The notes: generated from the letters alone by a model not told the origin. DNA of 64,000 bases from Pseudomonadota bacterium (GCA_038134595.1 JAYPVM010000005.1:141336-205335); one strand, 5' to 3'; positions 31,080 to 41,872 are shown, counted from the stretch's first letter. A program made the numbers and translations.

Positions 31080-32173
31080 AAAACTACCTTCAAAATCGCC
31101 GTTACCACTAAATTAACCAGCGCAACTGGTAACAATAGCTTCCACCCTAAATTCATCAACTGATCATAGCGAAATCGTGGCAGTGTCCACCGGATCACGA
31201 TCTGGAGAAGACAGAAGAAAAGTATCTTGCCCACCAAAACAAGGTGGCCAATCAATGCCCCCCACCAAACACCTTCAGGAAGCGATATCCACGGTATATC
31301 CCATCCTCCAAAGAAAAGAAGGGTTAGTAGCATCGCAAAAAGGGCGATCTCACAAAATTCTCCCATCCAAAAAAGGAGAAACTTCATCCCTGAATACTCA
31401 GTAAAATACCCGGCGGCCAATTCAGATTCTGCCTCGGGCAGATCAAAAGGGCCCCGCTTCGTTTCTGCCATCCCAGCTAGTAACAAGACGACAAAACCTA
31501 TTGGCTGTGTTACCACGCCCCAGGCCGGAATGACTCCCCACATGAGATTCTGTTGTTGTTCTACAATAGCGTAAACATCTAAGGTGCCGTACACGACTAT
31601 CAATGCAACAAAAACGAGGCCCATAGGCAACTCGTATGAAATCATCTGGGCCGCTGCACGTAACGATCCTAGCAGTGAGAACTTGTTGTTACCCGTCCAG
31701 CCAGCAATGGCCACGCCGTAAACTGCAACGGAACCCATGGCCAGGACAAACAAAATACCTGCATCAATTGGCGCTACCTGCGGTCTTACCCAAACACCAA
31801 ACAGCTGAAAGTCAGGCGCAAGCGGCAACACAGCAAAAGCCAGTAAGACTGGTAATACCGCTATTATCGGTGCTACAGCATGAAGAAATTTTGAAGTCCC
31901 ATCCGGAACAAAATCCTCTTTCCAAAGCCCTTTAACCGAATCACACACCAACGTATTTATAACTCCCAACCAACCAAGGAGTCGTATGCCTGGTAGAAAC
32001 GGTTTAAGGTACCACCGTTTAGAGGTAACGAACGCACCTGCCCTATTTGCGCCAACCCTATCTTGAATAAGCGCTGATGCCTTTCTCTCAATCCAGATGC
32101 AAATAGACCCTAAGGTCAGGCCAAGGTTTAAAACAAACCCTACTTTGATTAATAAAATTAACAGCTCCACCAT
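31076..32173 (-). CDS. nuoH: NADH-quinone oxidoreductase subunit H
   Basis: ERK.SA.IQDRVG.NR, RAAAQMISYE, PFDLPEAESEL..GY.TEYSG and PRFRYDQLM. Confidence 0.96.
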   Translation of the reverse strand: MVELLILLIKVGFVLNLGLTLGSICIWIERKASALIQDRVGANRAGAFVTSKRWYLKPFLPGIRLLGWLGVINTLVCDSVKGLWKEDFVPDGTSKFLHAVAPIIAVLPVLLAFAVLPLAPDFQLFGVWVRPQVAPIDAGILFVLAMGSVAVYGVAIAGWTGNNKFSLLGSLRAAAQMISYELPMGLVFVALIVVYGTLDVYAIVEQQQNLMWGVIPAWGVVTQPIGFVVLLLAGMAETKRGPFDLPEAESELAAGYFTEYSGMKFLLFWMGEFCEIALFAMLLTLLFFGGWDIPWISLPEGVWWGALIGHLVLVGKILFFCLLQIVIRWTLPRFRYDQLMNLGWKLLLPVALVNLVVTAILKVVL

Positions 32174-32178
32174 AATTC

Positions 32179-33885
32179 CTACGCCGGGCTCGACGCTCCT
32201 TCTGCTACATTAGACTGAGATACCTCTGGTGCCACCTTAGTAACTAGCTGCTCCAAATCGATTCCTCCCGCCTTGATCTGGGCGATACTAAACTGCTGAC
32301 GAGTCAGCACCGGGTCGGCTGCTAAATACCACCTTGTAACCTCTCGATCACTGAGAACATTCGGATCTTCTTTGAAGACCGGCACTCCGACTTCCTTGGC
32401 GATATACGCCAAAAACCTCCAGGCTGGCACCGTACCATCAACAAGCTCAGTAACTGCTTGCGCATACTGAAGCCGAAGTTCTCGGTTCACCATCAATCCT
32501 GATTGTTCTAACAAACTCCTTCCTGGCAATACTACTTTTACTGCCGATGACAACGCCGAACGCGCATCGGTAAAGAGACCCACTGAAAGCGATGCTGTTC
32601 TGAGACCCTCTGTCAGTGCATCATCCACATCACTTGGATCAAAAGCTCGGTCACCTATAACAAGGATGTTATCAAGCTCCTTTCGTCGGATCTTTCCAAG
32701 CATCTCATCATAAGCCTCCTCGGGATTGGCGCCTATCAATCCAACCATCTGGGCGGCTCGAAAGTTTCCAGCCCTGTCTGGACTTACTAGTATCTTCTCA
32801 GTGTCTGTTCGGTCGTGGTGTCGATAGCCCATCACCACTCGAGCAGAAGAACCGATGCGCATCAATATCTGCTTCAACAAAAAGTATTCCTCCAACAGAA
32901 GGTGTGGGCTCACCACAATCGCTAGCGTTTTTATTTGCTTCACTATCGCACTAACAACTGTTGTAAAGTCAGTAGATCCTATTTCTGACTCACCATTGGT
33001 GAGAGGACGCTGAATCCTTTCTTTCGGCAAGTATGCGTTGAAACCATACCGTCCCTCATCGCAGAGCCATTCCTTGTTAACCGACTCATTTCGGCGGCCC
33101 TTCACCATGACAACCTGGCCGTCTCTCTCTGCAACTTTAACGTTACATCCCGTCGAGCACCCGGCACATATTGTATCGGTCTGCTTGGTAAACCAGATAC
33201 GAGTATTAAAACGCCACTTGCGGTGAGTAAGCGCCCCTACAGGACACAGATCCACAACGGAACCTGACAGCGGGTTGTCAAGCTCCCGACCTGGACTAAC
33301 AGCTATGACTGACTGATCTCCCCGGTTCAACATACCCAACTCAGAGGTCTTTGTTACCTCATCACAGAATCGGATACATCGGGTGCACATGATGCAACGC
33401 TCACCGTCGAGCATAACATTCGGGCCGAGAGGAAGCGCTTTTATCTTATGTACTTTTTCCTCCACGAAACGACTGGCGCGTGCGTTGTATTCAAAGTGGT
33501 AATCCTGGAGTTTGCAGTGCCCGGCCTGATCACAAACCGTGCAATCTAGTGGATGATTAATCAGGATAAACTCTAGAGTTGCGGCTTGAGCGTCCGCGAC
33601 ATCTTTGTTGGTGTGGTGAGTCTCTACTTCCATCCCATCCGATGCAGGGGTATTACATGCTATACTTAACTTTGGCGCCCCCTTGACAGAGATCTGACAC
33701 ATCCGGCAATTCCCCGCCACAGACAAATCCGGATGATAGCAATAGTGCGGAATATCGACCCCGGCCTGCTTTGCCGCCTCTATGAGATTTGTTCCCTTTT
33801 TCACCTCAACCGGCTTGCCGTCTACAGTAATCCGAACTATGTCCGACGGCACTTCTTTTACGCAATCTGCCATTACTCTGCTCAC
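32179..33885 (-). CDS. nuoG: NADH-quinone oxidoreductase subunit G (short form, 568 aa)
   Basis: PHYCYH..LSVAGNCRMC...C (N1b), NHPLDCTVCDQAGHC.LQD (N5), CIMCTRC...CPVGAL (N4), CAGCSTGC...LCDEGR (N7-like). Confidence 0.9.
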   Translation of the reverse strand: MSRVMADCVKEVPSDIVRITVDGKPVEVKKGTNLIEAAKQAGVDIPHYCYHPDLSVAGNCRMCQISVKGAPKLSIACNTPASDGMEVETHHTNKDVADAQAATLEFILINHPLDCTVCDQAGHCKLQDYHFEYNARASRFVEEKVHKIKALPLGPNVMLDGERCIMCTRCIRFCDEVTKTSELGMLNRGDQSVIAVSPGRELDNPLSGSVVDLCPVGALTHRKWRFNTRIWFTKQTDTICAGCSTGCNVKVAERDGQVVMVKGRRNESVNKEWLCDEGRYGFNAYLPKERIQRPLTNGESEIGSTDFTTVVSAIVKQIKTLAIVVSPHLLLEEYFLLKQILMRIGSSARVVMGYRHHDRTDTEKILVSPDRAGNFRAAQMVGLIGANPEEAYDEMLGKIRRKELDNILVIGDRAFDPSDVDDALTEGLRTASLSVGLFTDARSALSSAVKVVLPGRSLLEQSGLMVNRELRLQYAQAVTELVDGTVPAWRFLAYIAKEVGVPVFKEDPNVLSDREVTRWYLAADPVLTRQQFSIAQIKAGGIDLEQLVTKVAPEVSQSNVAEGASSPA

Positions 33886-33895
33886 TCTATTTGGG

Positions 33896-34528
33896 TTACT
33901 TGATGCCTACTATCTCTGAACGAGGGTGATCCTCTAATCCTCGGCCTAATTCATCTCGCAAAGTCGACAATCGCAAATCTGGCAACTCATTCTCAATGCG
34001 AGAAAAAATACCATCTAGTTTTTCCTCTGTAAGATTTTCAAAATATACATCGTTAATCTGACACATCGGGGCCGTTCCGCACGATCCGAGGCACTCGACT
34101 TCCTCAAAGCTCCACAGACCATCTTTCGAAACCTCTCCTGGTCGGATTCCTAATTTTTTGTGAACGTACTCGCCGATATGCTTAGCGCCTCGCAAAGCAC
34201 ACGGTAGCGTTCTACACACCTGTACATGGTATTTTCCTACGGGCTTTTTGTAATACATCGTGTAAAATGTCGCCACTTCCCACACTTGCATCGGGGGCAA
34301 ATCCAACTGTCCTGCGACCCAATCAACCGCCTGCTGCGTGATATATCCACACTCCTCTTGTGCGATATACAGTAGAGGCATAACCGCCGACCGAGATTTC
34401 GGATATAATTTCACTATCTCCTGAGCTCGCTGATGAGCCAATTCAGATAAAACAATCTCCTTGTCCTCCCTGGAGGTCGGCCTTGTATTGATATGAAAAA
34501 CTTGCTCGTTACCGGTCACACTCACCAC
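33896..34528 (-). CDS. nuoE: NADH-quinone oxidoreductase subunit E
   Basis: VATFYTMY and CRTLPC...ECLGSC (2Fe-2S N1a). Exact start is uncertain because it overlaps the nuoD end. Confidence 0.92.
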   Translation of the reverse strand: MVSVTGNEQVFHINTRPTSREDKEIVLSELAHQRAQEIVKLYPKSRSAVMPLLYIAQEECGYITQQAVDWVAGQLDLPPMQVWEVATFYTMYYKKPVGKYHVQVCRTLPCALRGAKHIGEYVHKKLGIRPGEVSKDGLWSFEEVECLGSCGTAPMCQINDVYFENLTEEKLDGIFSRIENELPDLRLSTLRDELGRGLEDHPRSEIVGIK

Positions 34529-35762
34529 CTATCATATTTATCATTCCAAATGTTGGAATCAGATCCGAAATGTTAACTCCTAGAAGCATCTTCCTCATCG
34601 CCCCCATATGAATAAAACTCGGAGCGCGAACATGTGCTCGATAAGGCTTACCCGAGCCATCTGACACAACATAGAAGCCCAACTCACCATTACCCCCTTC
34701 AATACCTTGATACACGGAACCTACTGGCGGCTTCACACCGTACATCACCAACTCGAAGTGATTAATCATGCCATCAATGGACTTGTAGACCTCCTCCTTT
34801 GGCATCAACGCAATATGAGGATCCTCCACAATAACAGGCCCCTCCGGAAGACGCTCTATTGCCTGTTCACAGATCCTCATGGACTGCTCCATTTCCTCAA
34901 ACCGCACCAGGAACCTATCGTAATTATCTCCCTTAGTGCCTACGGGAACTTCAAAATCGAACTCATCGTAGCTTGAATACGGAAAAGCTTTTCGAAGATC
35001 ATGAGAAACCCCACTCGCTCGCAACATAGGTCCCGTAATGCTCGAATTAATCGCATCTTCAGCTGTAATAATCGCGACATCACACATTCGCTCGATAAAA
35101 ATCCGATTCCTTGTAAGCAATCTGTCACAATTAACAAGATGGCGACGAACGCCTTTAAAAGCTTCTCTCATCCGGTCCGCGAAGCCATCGGTCAGGTCTT
35201 CCTTAACACCCCCAACTCTCCCATATGAAACTGTGAGCCGCGCGCCAGTGACCTCCTCCAATAGATCCCACAAATACTCCCTTGCCTCCATCATGTAGAG
35301 CATTACCGTAAACGCACCCAATTCCATCGCCGACGCGCCCAAACACGTCAGGTGGTCACTGACTCTAGAGATCTCTGAAAGAATTACTCTGATGTACTGG
35401 GCTCTCTTGGGGGCCTCTATATCGAGAAGTTTTTCGATCGTTAAACACCAACCGAAATTATTGATTACGGGCGAGACATAATTCAGCCGGTCGGTATATG
35501 GCATCACTTGATTGTAATCAACAGTCTCACACATCTTCTCGAAGCCACGATGCAGATATCCAACATCCACATCGGCGTCAATTATCTTCTCACCTGACAA
35601 TTCAGCAACAATTCTAACCGTTCCATGGGTGGCAGGATGCGCCGGCCCAAGATTAACAATCATGCTCTCTGAATGCAGCTCATCTCCAAGCGCCCTCGGA
35701 GTGGCTTGCGTTGTGATTCCACCGACTCCGAAATCAACCTCTAATAGTTTTCGCTCCGCCAT
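34509..35762 (-). CDS. nuoD: NADH-quinone oxidoreductase subunit D
   Basis: NLGPAHPATHGT, GYLHRGFEK, DRLNY and C-terminal GECDR. Confidence 0.96.
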   Translation of the reverse strand: MAERKLLEVDFGVGGITTQATPRALGDELHSESMIVNLGPAHPATHGTVRIVAELSGEKIIDADVDVGYLHRGFEKMCETVDYNQVMPYTDRLNYVSPVINNFGWCLTIEKLLDIEAPKRAQYIRVILSEISRVSDHLTCLGASAMELGAFTVMLYMMEAREYLWDLLEEVTGARLTVSYGRVGGVKEDLTDGFADRMREAFKGVRRHLVNCDRLLTRNRIFIERMCDVAIITAEDAINSSITGPMLRASGVSHDLRKAFPYSSYDEFDFEVPVGTKGDNYDRFLVRFEEMEQSMRICEQAIERLPEGPVIVEDPHIALMPKEEVYKSIDGMINHFELVMYGVKPPVGSVYQGIEGGNGELGFYVVSDGSGKPYRAHVRAPSFIHMGAMRKMLLGVNISDLIPTFGMINMIGGECDR

Positions 35763-35771
35763 ACAATCTCG

Positions 35772-36395
35772 CTATATACCTTCCGCAGTGGGTATTCTTT
35801 CACTCACCTGTGCCTGTTCATCACCCGATGCTTTGCGCGGCCGAATCGTCACCAGCTCCGGTCGATGCATCTGTCTTGCCGTGTTTTCTACCTCGGGGTA
35901 ACGCAACGGCACCCTCGGCTGCTTACCCTGAATAGGATAATCCTTTCTTAAGGGATGCCCAACAAACTCATCATACAGCAACACTCTGCGTAGATCGGGA
36001 TGCCCGTGAAACGATATGCCAAACATATCCCAGACTTCACGCTCCATAAAATTTGCTCCCTGCCATAACGAGACAACGGACTCAATGGAAGGGTCTTCCT
36101 CTCCAACCGCCACCGAAACGGTAACGCGCATCTTGTTTTTCAGACTAAGCAGTTGATAGACCACTTCATACCTTTGAGGGCGCGCATCCATCCAATCTAC
36201 TGCCGTCATATCTACCAGCATGTCAAACTGAAGCTTTTCGTCGACCTTGCATCTCTCTAACAACGCTTTGCTGTATTGCGGGAGCGTTGTAATAACTACA
36301 CTACTTTTTTTTACTGTAAGTTCAGAGATGAGTTCGGAAAACTGTTCTTTGATGTAGTCCGTACACGGACCTGTTTCTATCTGTTCCATATGCAC
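35772..36395 (-). CDS. nuoC: NADH-quinone oxidoreductase subunit C
   Basis: EREVWDMFGI.F.GHPDLRR.L...GHPLRKDYP. Confidence 0.95.
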   Translation of the reverse strand: MHMEQIETGPCTDYIKEQFSELISELTVKKSSVVITTLPQYSKALLERCKVDEKLQFDMLVDMTAVDWMDARPQRYEVVYQLLSLKNKMRVTVSVAVGEEDPSIESVVSLWQGANFMEREVWDMFGISFHGHPDLRRVLLYDEFVGHPLRKDYPIQGKQPRVPLRYPEVENTARQMHRPELVTIRPRKASGDEQAQVSERIPTAEGI

Positions 36396-36613
36396 CCCTT
36401 TTTAACGTAAGACACGACAACTAGCAACGGAACAACAGCTTAACTAGCTGATATTTTACCATTCCGCCCCATCACCCCCCTCGTTCTCGCCGCCTTAAGT
36501 GGCCGATAACACCACCCGCAGAACTTACCTCATACACATTTGCTTAGAGCCCTCAAATTGGAGTATAGTCGGCGCTTGGGAACGCACACACAAATTTTTG
36601 GGAGAAGACACAC

Positions 36614-36922
36614 ATGGATGCAGAGAGCAGCACAAAGAAGAAGAGACTATCACAATCTTCAGTCAACCAAATTCAGATTCTCCACGCTCTTGCGAACTCT
36701 CAAAGCGGGCAAGCTGAGACGCCACGACGATTAGAGATTCTGGAAATAACTGAGCGAAGCGGATTAGCAGACGAGAAAGAGACTCAACGCTTTTTGTTTA
36801 TCCTTGAAGGTCAAAAGCTTGTCGCCCCATTTCCAGAGGGAGACTTTACTTCAAAAGTTTGGCAAATTACCAAACAGGGCGTACAGACGCTTCAACAGAT
36901 TTCAACTGCGATGGCAAACTGA
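36614..36922 (+). CDS. Hypothetical protein, probable winged-helix DNA-binding domain
   Basis: GGGAGA RBS before the ATG. QILHAL...EITERSGL...RFLFILEGQKLV...WQITKQG follows the wHTH pattern. Divergent from nuoC. Confidence 0.65.
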   Translation: MDAESSTKKKRLSQSSVNQIQILHALANSQSGQAETPRRLEILEITERSGLADEKETQRFLFILEGQKLVAPFPEGDFTSKVWQITKQGVQTLQQISTAMAN

Positions 36923-37371
36923 GCCTTAATAGTTCTGTACTAAAAAGTTCAGATAGTGCCCTAAGGTAAGATAGCTTAAATACACACCAACGCTTCGGCT
37001 CGAAACGAGTGGCGCGCCTACATATGTTGCGCAACAATTCAATTGTTCGCAGCGGTTCGATTGTTTTCGCGTTACTCGATTCTTTAATCGTTATGCAGAA
37101 AAAACAAACATGCCAAGCTATGGAGAAACCATACGGCATCTAGTGGCACGGCCCTGGAGCAAGATACTCAAATCACACTTCTTTCATTGAAAGCTTTCAT
37201 ACGAGCCTAATGAAACACATCGCTGCATACGCGACACTTAATCAAAAGCAAATCGCCTCACACCTACCCACACAACTTTCTGGCACCGCGAGGACCACCC
37301 AGATCACCACAATACCACTAGTGGAGGATTTATAACGGAAGCTTTCGTTATGGCCCTATTCCTTGCAAGTA

Positions 37372-40300
37372 TTACTTCGCACGAACGAGAGAAAGCCTTG
37401 CTGTATAATCACCTAAGCCAATCTCTCGCTCTACAAGAGAATTGGAAACTTCTCCTCGAACTTCAACACAAAGAGTCTCCGATTTTATATATTCTAAATG
37501 TCGCGCTAAAATAGCCTCTACTCCAGAAACGCCCAATACAATGCGATCTGCTATATGCAGGTTTGCACTCTTGCGCATGTCTTGGATCTCGCGAATTAAA
37601 TCTCTGGCAAAACCCTCAATTTCCAACTCCTCAGTCACAGCACTATCGAGAGCCACTACTAGACCACTCGCAGACTCCACAGCCAGGCCTTCTTTTCCGA
37701 CAAATCCAAGCTCTACTTCTCCCTCACCCAAGACCACGTCGCCCACTTTAATTGAATCTTTACCGATAATCTCAAATTCGCCTGCTCGGATTTTTTGCAT
37801 CACACTCTGCATCGCACCACCCAATTTGGGGCCGACTAATCGAGCATTAACCTTCGCCTGAGGGACCGCTATCTCAGAACTATCCGCCAGAAATTCTATC
37901 TTCTTGACGTTTAATTCGCCACAAAGAATCCCTTCATAGGATCGCAGGGCTCCTATGAGATCTTCCCTCACGGCCACTTTTGCCGACGCTAACGGCAACC
38001 GCACACGAAGCTTTTCTCGCGCTCGCACCGATAAACCTGCCGAAACTATCTGTCGAACTATCTGCACCTCAGAGCTCAACCCTTCATCAATAAACTCCGT
38101 ACGCTCATCAGGCCATGAACTGAGATGAACACTCTGTTTACAACCAAGCCTCTCCCACACCATCTCTGCAATGAACGGACAAAATGGCGCTAGAACTTTC
38201 GCGAAGGTCTTTAGCACATCATAGAGAGTCGCATAAAATGACACCTTACTGGCGTCTCTTGACTCCTGTGACCATACGCGCTCCCGACTACGCCGAATGT
38301 ACCAATTATTCAAAGTGTCGAGAAAATTCGGGAAGAGTCTCATCGCTTCATGAACACGATACCCGTCGAGGCACCTTGTAGCGTCACGAACCATAATTTC
38401 AACTTCGGACAGAATGTATCGATCAAGGTCCTCAAGAACACATCCATCGAGAGAGATTTCTTCAGGCGTAATTTGATCGACCTCTGCATACGAGGTGAAA
38501 AAAGAAAGTGCGTTCCACAATGGCAAGATCAACGATTTGAGCACACTCTCAACACCCTCATCCCGAAAACTCAGGTCCTCAATCCCAACCGCGGGCGAAG
38601 AAAATAGATACCCACGCAACGAATCCGCACCGAACTTATCCATGATGGCAAGGGGGTCGGTATAATTCTTGAGACTCTTTGACATCTTTTTACCGTCCGC
38701 CGCTAACAAGGTTCCGTGCACCATGCAATTGCGAAATGCTGGCTTGTCGAATATTGCCGTAGAGAGAACGTGAAGATAATAAAACCAACAACGAATCTGC
38801 CCCGTATACTCGACAATAAAATCAGCAGGTAGATGCTCCAAAAAATGTTCGGCATTCTCGAATGGGTAGTGAAACTGCCCATAAGGCATCGACCCGGATT
38901 CAAACCAACAATCCAGCACCTCAGGCACTCGATGCATTTCTCCGCCACACGCACACGGAATTATCACCCGATCAAGATGCTCCTTGTGGAGGTCCGCTAA
39001 AACAACGCCCCCATCTTTTTCTATCTCATCTGCCGAACCATACACTCGCTGTTCATCGCACGTGTGACATGACCATACCGGGATCGGAGTAGCCCAATAG
39101 CGGTTACGGGAGATATTCCAGTCGCGTGCATTCTCAAGCCATTTACCAAATCGGCCATCCTTAACTGTACTCGGATACCAATTAATCTGCTCATTAGTTT
39201 GAATCAATCGATCCCTGATGGCTTCAATCTTGAAGTACCAGGCATCCAGCGCCCTATAAATGAGTGGACTTTGACATCGCCAACAATGTGGATAGTTGTG
39301 CTCTATAGTTTCATCACGAACAACAACACCTTCTCCTTTGAGAAACTTAATAATGTCGGGATTAGCCTCGTGAACATTTCTTCCGACAAAATCCCCAACT
39401 TCTTCACAAAAGCGTCCCGAGTTATCCACTGGGTTAACAACATCAATACCGTTTGCTCGACACGCCCAATAGTCATCCTCGCCGAATGCAGGCGCCATGT
39501 GCACAATGCCCGTTCCGTCTGCTGTCGAAACGAAATCACCGATAATAATCCTAAAAGCCTTGCGATCCCCAAAATACGGAAACATCGGCTCGTATTCCAG
39601 CATCATGTCGGCTAACTGCTGACCGCTGTACGCGACTCGGACAGCCGGCTCTTTCCCCAACTCTCTCTGGTATCGAGAGAGTTGCGCCTCCGCTAGTAGA
39701 TAGGATCCTTCCGGGGAATCTATCACGACGTAAGACACATCTTTTCCTACCGCTAAAGCTAAATTTGAAGGGAGTGTCCATGGAGTAGTAGTCCATGCTA
39801 AGGCCGACACCCCTTCAAGAGCCCCTTTGAGCTTAAATGCAACCGTAATAGCCCTGTCTTGTCGCGGTCGGGTACTATCATCAACACGAATCTCCGACAA
39901 TGATAGAGAGGTTTCACATCGATAGCAGTAGGGAGCAACCCGATAATCTTTATATATGAGATCCTTCTTATACGACTCTGAAAAAGCCCACATAACGGAC
40001 TCCATGAACGATTTGTCAAGAGTCCTGTAGGGCTTTTCCATATCAACCCAACGACCCAATCGGTCGATGTATTCTCTCCAATTAGTATCGTATGTGGAAA
40101 CAATATTCCGACACTCCGCATTAAAGCTTTCCACACCTACCGTAGTCTCTATTTGAGCTTTGTCAGTCAGTCCAAGATTCTTCTCCGCAATCGTCTCTAT
40201 TGGCAGACCATGACAATCCCATCCCCAGTTTCGTGGAACATAAAATCCACGCATCGTTTTATAACGGCCAACTAAATCCTTGAGCGCCGACACAAAAATC

Positions 40301-40488
40301 GTTCCGTAGTGAGGGCTACCGGTAGCAAAGGGCGGGCCATCATAAAGAATAAATTCGGGATTTGACTGAGAGCGCTCCACAGATTCCTCAAAGGTCTTTT
40401 CAGATTTCCACCTGACACCCACGGCTTTTTCAAGCTGAGGAAAATTAGGTCGCGCCTCTATCTTGCTAAAATAACTTTTCTTTTCCAT
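37372..40488 (-). CDS. ileS: Isoleucine--tRNA ligase, type 2 (eukaryote-like)
   Basis: DGPPFATG.PHYGT, GWDCHGLP, WTTTPWTLPSN, DWNISRNRYWATP and KMSKS. The C-terminus has EG.AR..IR.IQ..RK and lacks the IleRS1 zinc finger. Confidence 0.96.
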   Translation of the reverse strand: MEKKSYFSKIEARPNFPQLEKAVGVRWKSEKTFEESVERSQSNPEFILYDGPPFATGSPHYGTIFVSALKDLVGRYKTMRGFYVPRNWGWDCHGLPIETIAEKNLGLTDKAQIETTVGVESFNAECRNIVSTYDTNWREYIDRLGRWVDMEKPYRTLDKSFMESVMWAFSESYKKDLIYKDYRVAPYCYRCETSLSLSEIRVDDSTRPRQDRAITVAFKLKGALEGVSALAWTTTPWTLPSNLALAVGKDVSYVVIDSPEGSYLLAEAQLSRYQRELGKEPAVRVAYSGQQLADMMLEYEPMFPYFGDRKAFRIIIGDFVSTADGTGIVHMAPAFGEDDYWACRANGIDVVNPVDNSGRFCEEVGDFVGRNVHEANPDIIKFLKGEGVVVRDETIEHNYPHCWRCQSPLIYRALDAWYFKIEAIRDRLIQTNEQINWYPSTVKDGRFGKWLENARDWNISRNRYWATPIPVWSCHTCDEQRVYGSADEIEKDGGVVLADLHKEHLDRVIIPCACGGEMHRVPEVLDCWFESGSMPYGQFHYPFENAEHFLEHLPADFIVEYTGQIRCWFYYLHVLSTAIFDKPAFRNCMVHGTLLAADGKKMSKSLKNYTDPLAIMDKFGADSLRGYLFSSPAVGIEDLSFRDEGVESVLKSLILPLWNALSFFTSYAEVDQITPEEISLDGCVLEDLDRYILSEVEIMVRDATRCLDGYRVHEAMRLFPNFLDTLNNWYIRRSRERVWSQESRDASKVSFYATLYDVLKTFAKVLAPFCPFIAEMVWERLGCKQSVHLSSWPDERTEFIDEGLSSEVQIVRQIVSAGLSVRAREKLRVRLPLASAKVAVREDLIGALRSYEGILCGELNVKKIEFLADSSEIAVPQAKVNARLVGPKLGGAMQSVMQKIRAGEFEIIGKDSIKVGDVVLGEGEVELGFVGKEGLAVESASGLVVALDSAVTEELEIEGFARDLIREIQDMRKSANLHIADRIVLGVSGVEAILARHLEYIKSETLCVEVRGEVSNSLVEREIGLGDYTARLSLVRAK

Positions 40489-40649
40489 AGAGCACTTCCT
40501 GGAGCTACATTGTTCTTAAAAATAATACATACCCGCCAACCGCCGGCGCAAAAAGCCTAGCACAGAATTATGTATTTTCCGAGCAAAGAGGTCAATCAGC
40601 CGTACCGTAAACCACTAAATACACAGGTTAAATAGCCGACCAGGCGAAT

Positions 40650-41792
40650 CTATCGCAACAATTCGCGCGCAATAACCACCCTCTGAATCTGGCTCGTGCC
40701 CTCGTAAATTTGTAGCAACTTCGCATCCCGCATGAGCTTTTCAACTGGATACTCCTTCGTATATCCATATCCGCCATATACTTGAACAGCGTCTGTAGCG
40801 ACTTGCATGGCCGTATCAGCAGCAAACCTCTTCGCCATGCTTGATTCAACTGATGCCATTTCGCCGCTATCAAGCATCCATGCCGACCGCCACGTCAACA
40901 GCCGAGCAGCATCAACATTAGTTGCCATATCCGCCAGCATAAACTGCAATCCTTGAAACGATCCGATCGAAACTCCAAACTGCTTTCGCTCTTTGGCATA
41001 TGACAGCGCGTGATCGCAGGCCGCCCGACCGATTCCAACGGCAATTGCCGCCGTCATGGGACGACTGGCATCTAAGGTCTGCATTGCGATCTTAAAGCCC
41101 TCGCCTGGCGCACCAATCATATTCTCCTTGGGAACTCGCACATCGGCAAATGTCACACTACAGGTATTAGAGCAACGTTGTCCCATTTTGTTTTCGTGGG
41201 CACCTACTGTAATCCCCTTTGACTCACGAGGAACTACAAGGCAACAGATCCCCTTGTGCCGCTTCTCCTTATCAATCGAGGCAAAAACTGTATACTGACT
41301 CGCAAACTCGGCGTTGGTAATCCACTGCTTTGATCCATTGATTATCCAGCAATCTCCCCCATCGCTCACTCTAGTCTGTAAACCCGCCGCATCGGAACCG
41401 GCTCCAGGTTCGCTTAGGCAAAACGACGCAAGATGTCCACCTTCAACGATTGGCTTGATAAACTTTGTCTTCTGCGCGTCTGATCCACCGAATTTAATCG
41501 GCGTAAGAGCCAGATCATTTGCCACCATAGATGTCGCAAATCCAGCACAACCGGTTGCGATCTCCTCTATCACTAAACATGCATCAAAAATCGACAATCC
41601 CGAGCCTCCAAGCTCGACGGGAATCGTCAGATTAATGAGACCAAGGGCGTGCCCCTCACCGATTACATCCTTTGGAAAGACGGACCTTTCATCAAGATCG
41701 AGTGCCACCGGAACTATTCTATCCCGAACAAAACCGGCCGCAACATCCCTCAGCAATTCTTGATCTTGAGTCAAACCACACAGTGGCATCAT
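40650..41792 (-). CDS. Acyl-CoA dehydrogenase
   Basis: [26 protein letters not shown] and [29 protein letters not shown]. Confidence 0.95.
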   Translation of the reverse strand: MMPLCGLTQDQELLRDVAAGFVRDRIVPVALDLDERSVFPKDVIGEGHALGLINLTIPVELGGSGLSIFDACLVIEEIATGCAGFATSMVANDLALTPIKFGGSDAQKTKFIKPIVEGGHLASFCLSEPGAGSDAAGLQTRVSDGGDCWIINGSKQWITNAEFASQYTVFASIDKEKRHKGICCLVVPRESKGITVGAHENKMGQRCSNTCSVTFADVRVPKENMIGAPGEGFKIAMQTLDASRPMTAAIAVGIGRAACDHALSYAKERKQFGVSIGSFQGLQFMLADMATNVDAARLLTWRSAWMLDSGEMASVESSMAKRFAADTAMQVATDAVQVYGGYGYTKEYPVEKLMRDAKLLQIYEGTSQIQRVVIARELLR

Positions 41793-41843
41793 AACAACAC
41801 CTAACCAGCATCACGTGTACATTCACGCCGTTTTTTTAATAGC

Positions 41844-41872
41844 AAAAACGCCGAAGGCTCCTTAAGCCTTCG
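41844..41872 (-). terminator. Possible intrinsic terminator overlapping the IclR stop codon
   Basis: Minus strand CGAAGGCT-TAAGG-AGCCTTCG followed by GCGTTTTT. Confidence 0.45.

Noticed and set aside
37332..37351. Near-palindrome ATAACGGAAGCTTTCGTTAT downstream of ileS
   Set aside because: AT-rich, one mismatch and no U-tract; too weak to call a terminator or operator.
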